A stretch of 64,000 nucleotides of DNA, taken from Candidatus Aminicenantes bacterium (lineage in GTDB: Bacteria > Acidobacteriota > Aminicenantia > Aminicenantales > Saccharicenantaceae). A model generated the notes under the pieces. The model was not told the origin of the DNA. It ran no database searches and worked only from the letters and a program-made list of their open reading frames with translations. This document shows positions 53,901-62,446 of this stretch, one piece after another; position 1 is the first letter of the stretch; each line of letters begins with the position of its first letter. A program made the position numbers and the translations under genes. The stretch is taken from the NCBI GenBank assembly GCA_963742235.1, contig CAVULT010000005.1:36508-100507 (forward strand), in the 5' to 3' direction.

Positions 53901-54171
53901 TGGCCACTTCTTCATGGGCCTTGATGTCGAGGGCCCTGTAGACGCGCCCCATGCCGCCGCGGCCGAGCTGCTCGATGATCTGGTAGCGCCCGCCGAAGAT
54001 CGTCCCGGTCGGCAGGTCCCAGGCCGGGGATTCGTAGGTCCGGGTGGCGGAGATGGAAATCGGCCGAGTGGCGGACGAGCCTTCGCGGCTCCTCAGGACG
54101 GTGGCGCAATTGCTGCAGAAGTTCGCCGTCTCAGAATTTTCGCTGTGGCACGTGGGGCAGAGGGTGGCCAT
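50941..54171 (-). CDS. Ser/Thr protein kinase with N-terminal zinc ribbon, one TM, a periplasmic domain and TPR repeats
   Basis: CPTCHSEN...CSNC zinc ribbon. Hanks kinase motifs GRGGMGRVY, AIK, HRDLKPSN, DFG and GTPEYMSPE. TM AAVPVVAFLGIMAAGIVI. A long TPR-like C-terminal region follows. 1076 aa are uninterrupted. Confidence 0.9.
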   Translation of the reverse strand: MATLCPTCHSENSETANFCSNCATVLRSREGSSATRPISISATRTYESPAWDLPTGTIFGGRYQIIEQLGRGGMGRVYRALDIKAHEEVAIKLIRPDIAEDKRTLERFVNEIKLAHKISHRNIGKMYHLGEDEGLHYITMEYVPGEDLKSFIRRSRRLDISTTVTIAKQVCSGLSEAHDAGIVHRDLKPSNIMIDKDGNAKILDFGIARAIGVPGVTVEGSVIGTPEYMSPEQVEGKDADQRSDIYAFGVILFEMVTGRLPFAADTPFVVAFKQQSEPPPSPEELNPQTPPQLSAIILRCLAKDRDERYQTIEDVCRDLGQVEETIHTTPQPSPWVRPTTRKTTLLAAVERFPWRKAAVPVVAFLGIMAAGIVIRQVLPKAKGAVRTVAIVGFENLTGEAAYEYLKKAIPNLLITSLEQSKYLEVVSWERLNDLAGPKDRDVASSADRNLWFDICRRAGVDAIVMGSFTKAENLFATDAKIYDVQTKNLLKSTGSRGEGVGSILRTQIDELTREIARGVGLSALAAAKGAMPITKVTTASMDAYQLFLKGLEDFERYYFEDARVSLEKAVDKDPSFALPHYYLTRVYNSLADAPRAAKAMEQFKKLSKTSPGKGKDGLYIAALSALMEKDIKGYVQGLHEVIKADPQDKRAHADLAWFYRNDKKYTEAVAEFEKALAIDPDFGYALNLLAYTYADLGEKDKAIATFDRYAASHPGEANPLDSLGDLYFLTGEYDKARAKYQLALGVRPDFPSTWKLAYLYAMDGDYDAALRWVDEMITRAQTDGMRADGHQWKGLYYSLSGRFNDALAELGTAETLAKTSGNKDLADIILRDALWISYDWGRLDLFKSYLDRRLSYRAETKMGTDSLNKIYELLYTGLYDVKSGNVPGARKKLEAMDALAASVGDKEKEFNLLASNHLKREILFADGQYDAAVKVFAEGPEVKIDLGNAVTVESKNLPFMGDFAARAHLKKGGMGLAMKEYERLVSPEAKDREGALIHPFSRLRLAALYEAQGDLDRALEQYKTLWSLWKQADPDLAEVATVRERLARLKGRAPMPKGGPVDAFYSLPFIGTPAGL

Positions 54172-54280
54172 TGTCCTTGTCGTCTCCGGCTTCGCTTCCC
54201 AGGACCGTTCTCCTCGAATCCTCCACGCCGCGTCCCCGCCGTCATCAGGTAATACGTTTTAGACGGTTGTTAGGTTGCAG

Positions 54281-54296
54281 TGCAAAGAACATGCCA
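54281..54296 (-). promoter_or_regulatory. Sigma-54 (-24/-12) promoter candidate upstream of the Ser/Thr kinase gene
   Basis: On the minus strand, TGGCAT(54296-54291)-N5-TTGCA(54285-54281), with consensus spacing. It lies in the 258-bp intergenic gap, about 110 nt upstream of ATG 54171. Confidence 0.5.
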
Positions 54297-54429
54297 GAGG
54301 CGGCCGCGGCGGCCTCCCCTGTTGCCGGGCCCCGTGGCCTGCAGGCGCCGGCGGTCTCCTTAAGGTCCTTTACGCCATTTATTTACACTGCGGGGGTTCA
54401 AGCAGACAGGAAGGGGTCAGAGCTTGATT

Positions 54430-56676
54430 CTAGGGGCGGATGGAGAGCGAGATCTTGATGACGCCGCGGTCGCCGAGCGAGCTGAACCGGCTTCGGGGGT
54501 CCCAGACCCTCTCCCAGTTCCTGTTGTAGACGAGATAGATCTCGTTGCCGGGGCTGATCTGCCAGCGCAGCCGCGCGCTCCAGCCCAACGTGTTCGAGAT
54601 GTCGTCGAACTGGATATAGTTCATCAGGCCCAGGTCGGGCGAAAGGAAGATGTCGGCCTTGACCTGGTAGACGTTCTCGCTGAATCGCCCCTGCGGCATG
54701 CGGCCGCGGACGAGGTTCGCGTCGAGAGCCAGGGTGGCATAGCCCTTGAACTTCATCGTCACCCCCATGGTGACGTCGTCGTAGCGCCCCGCGTAGTACC
54801 CGCCGAAATTCCAGCCCGCGTCAAAGACGACCGGCCGGTGGCCGGCCGTGCTCGCGTTGAGCCGGTAGCTCGTCCAGCTGTACGGTCCGGCGGGCAGGAC
54901 GACGCCGTCCGAAACGGGCCAATCGAAGGGCAGGACGTCATGATTGGCGACGACGCTGAAGCCGAACGACTCCCCGCTCTGCGTCCTGAAGCTGAGCGGC
55001 GAAGCGCTGAGCGTGCTCGTCGCGAGGCGGCCCGAAAGGTCCCAGTAATAATCGGCGCTCGTGTCGAAGAAGAACTGCCGCACGAAGCTCCCGAGGAAGC
55101 CGCCTTTCGGCCGCGGCTGAAAGCTCGCCATGACGAAGCCCGTCTGGATCCCCTGCCGCATCATGTACCCCAGGCCGGGGTTGAGGGCCTCGCCGTAATA
55201 AGCGTAGGTCGTCTGGATATTCCAGAGGTCGTTCGGATAGTTGGCCCGGAAACCGAAGCCGTGGTGACGGCCCTCTTTCGTCTCATTCCAGTTGTAGACG
55301 CCCCAGGCGGCGAGCATGACGTTCTTGTCGCCCAAAAACTTCGACGAGGAATAATTGAAGTCCATGCCGAGGAGCGAGTTCCTCTCGCCCGTCGGACTGC
55401 CGTTGGTGAAGATCCAGCCGATCTTGCTCTGGGCGAAGATGTTCTGGGTCACCCGGGCCGCCAGCAGGTTGCGGCCGGGGAGATCGATGGGGCCGCCCAT
55501 GTCGGGGTCGGGCACGGACGCGGCCCGGGTCTGGACATCGAGCAAGGTCAGGTTGGTGCTGCCGATCTTGCCGTAGAGCTTCGTTCCGAAGAGAACCGGG
55601 ATCTGGGAGCCCTGGTACAGGCCGACGGTGCGGCTGAAGAACGGCGTGAAGCTGATGCTCGAGCTGAAGCTGAAGTTCTCGGACCCTTCGAGGAAGAACA
55701 TCCGCTTTTCCGGGAAGAACATCGGGAAGCGCGTCAGATTGATCCGCCGCTCGTCGACCTCGGTCTCGGCGAAATCCATGTTGTAGCTGACGACGCCGAC
55801 GAGGTTCGGCGTGAAGCTCTTATAGAGGTCGAAGCCGCCGTCGAGCTCGCTGTCGTACCGGTTCGAGACCAGGTTGTCCTTGGCGCCGCTGGCCAGGCCG
55901 TAAGGGCGGAAGGTGATGCCCAACCCCTGCTTGACGCCCTCGATCCCCTGCAGCGGGGCCGCCTCGTTGGGGTTGTCGAAATTGCTGTCGAGGGTCGTCC
56001 CGGAAAGCCGGATCGTCTCCATCTTGCGGGCGATCGTCCGTTCGATATTGATCCCCCAGACGCTGAGCCCGGGCCGGAAGGAGATGGTCTTGAAGGGGAT
56101 GCGGAACTCGGCCGACCAGCCGTCCACGAGACGGCAGCTCGCGGCTTCCCAGATGCCGTCCCAATTGAGGCTCGACTCCCCGGCGTAAACGAGGCCCTCG
56201 CCGCGGGCCCCGCGGGGATTGACGAAGAAGACGTAGGCGTTGCGCTTGTCCTGGAAGGGATCGAGAAGGACGCGGACGACGTCGTCGCTCGACGTCGTGG
56301 AGCCGTGGTGGCCGTAGCCGTACATGGACCCGCCCTCGCCGCCGCTGTCGTGGGCCATCGAATTGGCCGAGATGCGCGACGGCTCGCTGTCGTGGCAGGT
56401 GATGCCGATGTAGAGACTGTGCCGGTCGTAGACGACCCGGGCCTCCGTCTTTTCGCTCGGATCTTCCCCGGGCCGCGGCTCGACCATGCGGAAGCCGTCG
56501 ATCACCGGCGCCGCCTGCCAGGCGGGATCGTCGAGGCGCCCGTCGATGCGGGGCCCGACCTCGACGCGGACGGCCCTGAGGTCCTGGCCGCCGAACGCGA
56601 GGGACCCTGCCCCGATCGCGGCCAGGCCCAGGATGAGGAGGGTCAGGCTTCGGGAACGGCGGGATGTCGACTTCAT
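54430..56676 (-). CDS. DUF5916 / CBM9-like domain outer-membrane-associated protein
   Basis: Signal peptide. The N-terminal CBM9-like pattern (IDGRLDDPAWQAAPVIDGF...VVYDRHSLYIGI...DVVRVLLDPFQDKRNAYVFFVNP...WSAEFRIPF) is followed by a long beta-rich region ending in an aromatic-rich C-terminus. Confidence 0.75.
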   Translation of the reverse strand: MKSTSRRSRSLTLLILGLAAIGAGSLAFGGQDLRAVRVEVGPRIDGRLDDPAWQAAPVIDGFRMVEPRPGEDPSEKTEARVVYDRHSLYIGITCHDSEPSRISANSMAHDSGGEGGSMYGYGHHGSTTSSDDVVRVLLDPFQDKRNAYVFFVNPRGARGEGLVYAGESSLNWDGIWEAASCRLVDGWSAEFRIPFKTISFRPGLSVWGINIERTIARKMETIRLSGTTLDSNFDNPNEAAPLQGIEGVKQGLGITFRPYGLASGAKDNLVSNRYDSELDGGFDLYKSFTPNLVGVVSYNMDFAETEVDERRINLTRFPMFFPEKRMFFLEGSENFSFSSSISFTPFFSRTVGLYQGSQIPVLFGTKLYGKIGSTNLTLLDVQTRAASVPDPDMGGPIDLPGRNLLAARVTQNIFAQSKIGWIFTNGSPTGERNSLLGMDFNYSSSKFLGDKNVMLAAWGVYNWNETKEGRHHGFGFRANYPNDLWNIQTTYAYYGEALNPGLGYMMRQGIQTGFVMASFQPRPKGGFLGSFVRQFFFDTSADYYWDLSGRLATSTLSASPLSFRTQSGESFGFSVVANHDVLPFDWPVSDGVVLPAGPYSWTSYRLNASTAGHRPVVFDAGWNFGGYYAGRYDDVTMGVTMKFKGYATLALDANLVRGRMPQGRFSENVYQVKADIFLSPDLGLMNYIQFDDISNTLGWSARLRWQISPGNEIYLVYNRNWERVWDPRSRFSSLGDRGVIKISLSIRP

Positions 56677-56701
56677 GGTCAGTCGGTCAGCTCCGGGAAG
56701 G

Positions 56702-58090
56702 CTATTGCGGCAGCCAGGCCGTGATCTGTCTGGCGGCCTGGCCGGCCGTCGGCGGATCGAAGTTCGTCAGGACGATGACGATGAAGCCGCTTCGCGGGTC
56801 CCATTCGAGGACCGAGTTGATCCCGGGCGCCCCGCCGGCGACGCCGAGACCGCTTTCGGCATCCGGCAGGACGATCTTTTTGTCCTTCACGGCCAGCGCG
56901 AACTTCAGCATGTCCCCGGCCGTCGAGTAGCCGCCGCCGGCCGAGCTGCCGCGCCCCGGGAGTGTGGCGAAATTCAGGACGCGCGCGCCCCCGGCCGCCT
57001 CGCCCTCGCGCGTGTAGCCGCGGGCGAGGTTCGGGGTGCCGGCGGCCCGGGGAAAGGCGTCGGTGTCGGCCATGCCGCAGGGCTTGAAGATATTCTCCCG
57101 GACATAGGCGTAATAGTCGACGCCGCTCAGCTTCTCGATGATGAGCCCGAGGACGATGTAGCCGCCGTTGGAATACTTGTTCGATTTCCCCGGCTCGAAC
57201 TCGAGGGGCTGGTCGGCGAAGAGCGGCAGGTAGTCCCGAAGCGTCAGGATCTTCTCCTTCGGCGTCGCGTCGTAGCGCTCGCCGAAGAAGTCGCCGATGC
57301 CGGAGGTCATGTTGAGGAGCTGGCGCACGCTGACCTTCTCGGCGGCCTCGGCGTTCGGGTAGTCGGGCAGGAACTTTTTGATCGGGTCGTCGAGCGAAAG
57401 CTGGCCCCGCCCCGCCAGCTGGTGGATGGCGACCCGGGTGAAGATCTTGTTGATCGAGCCCAGATTGAATTTGGTGTCCGTCCGGTTGGGGATCTTGTCG
57501 TCGCGGTCGGCGAAGCCGTAGGCCGCCTCGAAAACGACCCGGGGGCCATTGGCCACGAGGGCGACGCCGGAGAACTCGTCGGCCTTGGCCTGGGCTTCGA
57601 GAAAGCCCTTCACGGCGGCCTTGAATTCCTTCTCGTCGGCCTTGGGCTCCGGGGCGACCACGTTGGCGGGATCATCGACGAGATCGATCGACAGGGTCAG
57701 CAGGCCGTGCGGGGGGGCCTTCTCGGCCGTCGCCTTGAGCAGAAGGAACTCGCCGTTCTGGGCCTTGGTCAGAACGGAGGCCCGGAATGGCTCGTCGGAC
57801 ACGACCCGCTGGATCTCGAGGGACTTGAGCTGGGCCTTGGCCCTGCGGAAGCGGATCAGGCGCTGCTCGACGGGCATCTCCTTGAGGGCCTGGGCCCCGG
57901 CATGAGCCAGGAAGTAGGCTTTCATCTGCCCCGGGACGCCGGAATTGAAGGCCTCGATGTAGGCCCGGAGATGAGCCAACGCGGCATTCGCCGGAGCGGC
58001 CGGTTCCTGAACGGGCCCCGACAGGGCCCAAACCGAAGTCCAAAGAACGGCCGCGGCCGTCCAGCCGGGAGACCGGCGATGTCGTCTCAT
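56702..58090 (-). CDS. Serine hydrolase (beta-lactamase/PBP4-like family) with an N-terminal accessory domain
   Basis: RBS GAGGAGG precedes ATG 58090. SxxK motif GSINKIFT, YSNGGY and a GG-rich C-terminal box. The track ORF is over-extended to 58237. Confidence 0.85.
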   Translation of the reverse strand: MRRHRRSPGWTAAAVLWTSVWALSGPVQEPAAPANAALAHLRAYIEAFNSGVPGQMKAYFLAHAGAQALKEMPVEQRLIRFRRAKAQLKSLEIQRVVSDEPFRASVLTKAQNGEFLLLKATAEKAPPHGLLTLSIDLVDDPANVVAPEPKADEKEFKAAVKGFLEAQAKADEFSGVALVANGPRVVFEAAYGFADRDDKIPNRTDTKFNLGSINKIFTRVAIHQLAGRGQLSLDDPIKKFLPDYPNAEAAEKVSVRQLLNMTSGIGDFFGERYDATPKEKILTLRDYLPLFADQPLEFEPGKSNKYSNGGYIVLGLIIEKLSGVDYYAYVRENIFKPCGMADTDAFPRAAGTPNLARGYTREGEAAGGARVLNFATLPGRGSSAGGGYSTAGDMLKFALAVKDKKIVLPDAESGLGVAGGAPGINSVLEWDPRSGFIVIVLTNFDPPTAGQAARQITAWLPQ

Positions 58091-58132
58091 GCGTCCTCCT
58101 CGAGGCGGCCCTATCGTTAGGCCCGAAAGGAA

Positions 58133-58141
58133 ATTATAACA
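58133..58141 (-). promoter_or_regulatory. Extended -10 promoter element (TGTTATAAT) for the serine hydrolase gene
   Basis: The minus strand reads TGT-TATAAT at 58141-58133, about 45 nt upstream of ATG 58090, in the gap after the RND gene. The -35 region is poor. Confidence 0.35.
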
Positions 58142-58233
58142 CGACCAGGCAGGTTTGTGTTGCGGGGCCGGCCGCTCCGCCCCGGGGGGAAGTCCGAAAG
58201 GGCTATCGATGGGTTTGGACGCGGGCGTTTCGG

Positions 58234-61200
58234 TCAAGAGCCGGTTTGGCCGCGCCTCCCCTTCTCCCGCCGCTTCTGGAGATTGTCGAAGACGACGTAA
58301 AACACCGGCGTGACATAAAGGGTAACGAGCTGGGAGAAGAGCAGCCCGCCGACGACGGCCAAGCCCAGCGGCCGCCGCGATTCGGCCCCGGCCCCGAAGC
58401 CGATGGCGATCGGCAGCGTCCCGAGCAGGGCGGCCATGGTCGTCATCATGATCGGCCGGAACCGGATCATGCAGGCCTCGAAGATGGCCTCCCCGGCGTT
58501 CTTCCCCTCCCCCCGTTCCGCGGCCAGGGCGAAGTCGACCATCATGATGCCGTTCTTCTTGACCAGGCCAATGAGCATGATGACGCCGACAAAGGCGTAC
58601 ATGCTGAGCTCCGTATGGAAGATGAGCAGCGTCACCAGCGCCCCGAAGCCGGCGAAGGGCAAGGCCGAAAGGATCGTCAGCGGGTGGATGAAGCTCTCAT
58701 AAAGGATGCCCAGGATCATATAGATGACGACGATCGTCATCAGCAGGAGAAAGCCGAGCCCGCTCAGGGAAGATTGGAAGGCCTGGGCCGCCCCCTGGAA
58801 GCTCGTGACGATCGTCGCCGGCATGCTCTCCCGGGCCTGGCGCGTGATCTCGGCCACCGCCGGACCGAGCGCGACCCCGGGCTTGAGGTTGAAGGAGATC
58901 GTGACCGCAGGGATCTGGCCCGAGTGGTTGACGGTCAGGGGCCCGACGGTCGGGACCAGCCGCGCGAGGGCGTCGAGGGGCACGAGCTGTCCCGACGACG
59001 ACTGGACATAGAGCTTGGAGAGCTGGGACGGGTCGTTTTGGAAGCGGGGCTCGAGCTCCATGATCACATAATATTGATTGGTGGCCGCGTAGATCGTCGA
59101 GACCTGCCGGGAGCCGTAGCTGAGCGAGAGGGCGTTCTCGACCTGGAAGGGCGTGACCCCCAGGGCGAGGGACTTGTCCCTGTCGATCTCGACCGTGACC
59201 TGCGGGTTCTGAAGCTGCATGTCCGTCGTCACGTCCTGGAGGAGAGGGATGGCGCGCATCCGGCTCTCGAACTTGGAGGCCGAGTCGTACAGAACATCGA
59301 CGTCCGGGCTCTGCAGGGTGAACTGATAAAGGCTCTTGGTGAAGCGGCCGCCGATCTGAATGGGCGGCGGGTTCTGCAGGAAGACGTTGATCCCGGTCAG
59401 ACCGAACATTTTCGGCCGCAGGCTCTCGACGACCTGGTCGGCGCTGAGCTTCCGTTGGCTGTGCGGCTTCAAGCGGACGAACATGCGGCCCGAATTGCTG
59501 GCCCCGATGCCGCCGACCGCAGAGACAAAGGACTCGACGTTGGGGTCGTCCTGAATGATCTTGGCCGCGGCCGCCTGGTGTTCGGCCATGGAGTCGAAGC
59601 TGATCCCCTGGGCCGCTTCTGTCACGCCCGCGAGGAAGCCGGAGTCCTCGCTCGCGAGGAAGCCTTTCGGGATCTTGACGAAGAGGAGGACGGTCAGGGC
59701 GAGGATAGCGGCCGAGAAGGCCAGGGTCGTCGCCCTGTGCTTCAGGACCCTGGACAAGGTGGCGCCGTAGAAGTCCTGCATGGACCGGAAGGCCTTTTCG
59801 GCGGCATTATAGAAGGATCCGTGCTTGACCTGACCCGGCTCCTTCAAGAGGCGGCTGGCCAAGGCCGGAGTCAGGGTCAGCGAGACGAACCCGGAGAAGA
59901 GGACCGCGGAGGCGATGGTGACGGCGAACTCGTGGAAGAGGCGACCCAGGATCCCGCCCATGAACAGAATGGGGATGAAGACCGCGGCCAGCGACAGGGT
60001 CATGGACACGATCGTGAAGCCGATCTCCTTGGAGCCCTTGAGCGTCGCCTCCATGGTCGCTTCGCCCATCTCCTGATGGCGGACGATGTTCTCGAGCATG
60101 ACGATGGCGTCGTCGACCAGGAAGCCGATGGACAGGGTCAGGGCCATCAGGGAGAGGTTGTCGAGGCTGTAGCCGAGAAGCTGCATGACGGCGAACGTCC
60201 CGATGATCGAGAACGGCAGGGCCAGGCTCGGGATGAGGGTCGCCCGGACGCTCCTCAGGAAGACGAAGATGACCATGATGACCAGGACGAGCGCGAGGAC
60301 GAGGGTGAACTTGACGTCGTTGACCGAGGCCTGGATGGACTCGGACCGGTCGAAGAGAGTCGTGAACTCGACGGACGCCGGCAGGCGTGTCCGGAAGAGA
60401 GGCATGAGCTTCCGAACGGCGGCGGCCACGGCGACCGTGTTCGTTCCCGGCTGGCGCTGGATGGCCAGGACGACGGAGCGTTGCCGCGTCCCGTCCCGGT
60501 AGGTCCAGGCCGCGACCTTGTCGTTCTGGACGCTGTCGATGACCCGGCCCAGGTCTTTGAGCCGGACCGGCGAGCCGTTCCGGTAGGTCACGACGAGCTC
60601 CCGGTATTCGGCGGCGTTGTTGAGCTGGCCCGTCGATTCGATGGTGAAGGCCTTAAAGGGGCCGTAAAGCGTCCCCGTGGGAAGGTTGACGTTGCCGGCC
60701 TGCACGGCCTGGCTGACCTGGTCGATGCCGAGGCCGCGCGAGGCCAGGGCGTCGGGGTCGAGCTGGATCCTGACGGCGTAGGTCTGCGCTCCGTAGACGG
60801 CGACCTGGGCGACGCCGCTGACCGTGGAGATGCGCTGGGCCATCATCGTTTCCGCGTAATCGTCGAGCGTCGACAGCGGCAGCGTGTCCGAGCTGAGCAT
60901 GATGAAGAGGATCGGCGAGATGGCCGGGTTGACTTTCTGATAGACGGGCGGAGACGGCATGTCTTGGGGCAACAGGCGGGCGGTAAAGGTGATCGCTTCC
61001 TGGACGTCCTGGGCGGCGGAGTCCAGGTTCCGGCTCAGGGCGAACTGGAGCGTGATCTGGGTCAGGCCGAGCTGGTTCGTCGAGGTCATGGAATCCAGGC
61101 CCTGGATCGTCGAAAACTGCCTCTCGAGGGGCGTCGCAACCGTCGAAGCCATGGTCTCCGGGCTCGCTCCCGGCAGGCCGGCGGTCACCACGATCGTCGG

Positions 61201-61326
61201 GAAGTCCACGTTCGGGAGGTCGCTCACGGGAAGAAGCCGGTACCCCAGGATCCCGAAGATGAGGAGCGCCGCCATGAGGAGCGTGGTCATCACCGTGCGG
61301 CGGACGAAGATTGCCGAGAAGTTCAT
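58234..61326 (-). CDS. RND efflux pump inner-membrane transporter (AcrB/MdtB/C-like)
   Basis: 1030 aa. N-terminus FVRRTVMTTLLMAALLIFGILGY..LPVSDLPNVDFPTI. 12-TM RND architecture. Conserved motif FLVDDAIVMLENI. Confidence 0.95.
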   Translation of the reverse strand: MNFSAIFVRRTVMTTLLMAALLIFGILGYRLLPVSDLPNVDFPTIVVTAGLPGASPETMASTVATPLERQFSTIQGLDSMTSTNQLGLTQITLQFALSRNLDSAAQDVQEAITFTARLLPQDMPSPPVYQKVNPAISPILFIMLSSDTLPLSTLDDYAETMMAQRISTVSGVAQVAVYGAQTYAVRIQLDPDALASRGLGIDQVSQAVQAGNVNLPTGTLYGPFKAFTIESTGQLNNAAEYRELVVTYRNGSPVRLKDLGRVIDSVQNDKVAAWTYRDGTRQRSVVLAIQRQPGTNTVAVAAAVRKLMPLFRTRLPASVEFTTLFDRSESIQASVNDVKFTLVLALVLVIMVIFVFLRSVRATLIPSLALPFSIIGTFAVMQLLGYSLDNLSLMALTLSIGFLVDDAIVMLENIVRHQEMGEATMEATLKGSKEIGFTIVSMTLSLAAVFIPILFMGGILGRLFHEFAVTIASAVLFSGFVSLTLTPALASRLLKEPGQVKHGSFYNAAEKAFRSMQDFYGATLSRVLKHRATTLAFSAAILALTVLLFVKIPKGFLASEDSGFLAGVTEAAQGISFDSMAEHQAAAAKIIQDDPNVESFVSAVGGIGASNSGRMFVRLKPHSQRKLSADQVVESLRPKMFGLTGINVFLQNPPPIQIGGRFTKSLYQFTLQSPDVDVLYDSASKFESRMRAIPLLQDVTTDMQLQNPQVTVEIDRDKSLALGVTPFQVENALSLSYGSRQVSTIYAATNQYYVIMELEPRFQNDPSQLSKLYVQSSSGQLVPLDALARLVPTVGPLTVNHSGQIPAVTISFNLKPGVALGPAVAEITRQARESMPATIVTSFQGAAQAFQSSLSGLGFLLLMTIVVIYMILGILYESFIHPLTILSALPFAGFGALVTLLIFHTELSMYAFVGVIMLIGLVKKNGIMMVDFALAAERGEGKNAGEAIFEACMIRFRPIMMTTMAALLGTLPIAIGFGAGAESRRPLGLAVVGGLLFSQLVTLYVTPVFYVVFDNLQKRREKGRRGQTGS

Positions 61327-61339
61327 GGCGCCCTCCCTC

Positions 61340-62446
61340 TTAGCGGCCCGGCTTGATCTCGACCTTGGCCCCGGGGCCGAGCCGGAGCTGTCCGTCCGTG
61401 ACGACGCGCTCTCCCGGCTTCAGGCCTTCGGCGATGACGGAATCTCCGCCGAATTCCCGGGCGACCTTGACCGGTCTCATCTCGGCGGTCAGGTCGTCCT
61501 TGACGACGTAGACGTACTCCCCGGACTGCCCGGTCTGGACGGCCTGCGACGGGACGGTGACGACCCCTTTCTCGGTGGTCAGCGTCAGGCGCACGTTCAG
61601 GAACTGGCCCGGCCAGAGGGCCCGGTCGGCGTTGTCGAAGGTCGCCTTGAGCATGATCGTCCCGGTCGTTTCATCGATCGCGTTGTCGACGAAGGTCAGG
61701 ACGCCGGAGGCAGGCTTCTGCCCCTCGCCCGCCGCAACGGCCTCCACTTTCAGCGCCTCTTTGGCCATGAATTCCTTGATCCGGGCCAGATTCTGTTCGG
61801 GGACGGAAAAGGTGACATAGATCGGGCTGACCTGGTCGATCACGACGGCGGCGCCGACATCGTTCGCCTTGATGATATTGCCGGCGTCGATAAGCAGCTT
61901 CCCTGTCCGGCCGTCGATCGGCGAGCGGATGGTCGCGTAGTCGAGATTGAGACGGGCGTTCGAGACGCCGGCCTCGTCGGCCTTGACGACGGCGATGAGA
62001 ACGTCGCGGTTGGCGACGAGCGCGTCGTACTGCTCCTTGGTCACATAATCCTTCTGAACGAGACCGGCGTAGCGGGCGACGTCGGCCTCGGCGTTCTTCA
62101 GCTGGGCCCGGTCCTTCTCGAGCAGGGATTCGGCCTGCCTCACGGCGATATCGAAGGTCCGGGGGTCTATCGTGAACAGCCGGTCTCCTTTCCGGACGGT
62201 CTGGCCTTCCTTGAAATAGACCCCGGTGACCTGGCCGCCGACCTGGGCCTTGACGGAAACGGTCGCGAGCGCCTCGGCCCGGCCCACCGAGGCGATCTCG
62301 AGCGGGACGTCTTTCTGTTCGGAGGAGGCCACCGTCACGGGACTCCCGGGCACGGCCGGAGGCTTCTTTTTCCCTGAGCAGGCCGATCCTCCCATGAGCG
62401 CGGCGAGTGCGATCGTGCCGATGAGCGTGTAACGAGGAGTCTTCAT
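61340..62446 (-). CDS. RND efflux periplasmic adaptor (membrane fusion protein)
   Basis: Lipobox GGSAC. Barrel-sandwich/hairpin pattern (GQVTGVYFKEGQTVRKGDRLFTID...IRSPIDGRTG). It overlaps the upstream OMF gene by 4 nt. Confidence 0.9.
   Translation of the reverse strand: MKTPRYTLIGTIALAALMGGSACSGKKKPPAVPGSPVTVASSEQKDVPLEIASVGRAEALATVSVKAQVGGQVTGVYFKEGQTVRKGDRLFTIDPRTFDIAVRQAESLLEKDRAQLKNAEADVARYAGLVQKDYVTKEQYDALVANRDVLIAVVKADEAGVSNARLNLDYATIRSPIDGRTGKLLIDAGNIIKANDVGAAVVIDQVSPIYVTFSVPEQNLARIKEFMAKEALKVEAVAAGEGQKPASGVLTFVDNAIDETTGTIMLKATFDNADRALWPGQFLNVRLTLTTEKGVVTVPSQAVQTGQSGEYVYVVKDDLTAEMRPVKVAREFGGDSVIAEGLKPGERVVTDGQLRLGPGAKVEIKPGR

Noticed and set aside
50890-54252. 1120-aa plus-strand ORF, and the similar long shadow ORFs 58246..61356 (+), 2914..4911 (-), 6714..8981 (-), 9316..10773 (-), 28117..29631 (-), 54424..56724 (+) and 167..1309 (+)
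   Set aside because: Each is antisense to a gene with unambiguous conserved motifs (Ser/Thr kinase, RND pump, histidine kinase, kdpB, kdpD-like, diguanylate cyclase, DUF5916, S9-like). Each also has the same low-complexity G/R/D/P/E composition and no start-site signals.
54297-54316. GC-rich palindrome GAGGCGGCCGCGGCGGCCTC as the terminator of the DUF5916 gene
   Set aside because: It lies about 115 nt past the stop codon. The stem is imperfect and no U tract follows on the minus strand. It could equally be part of the upstream region of the sigma-54 promoter, so it is not called as a feature.
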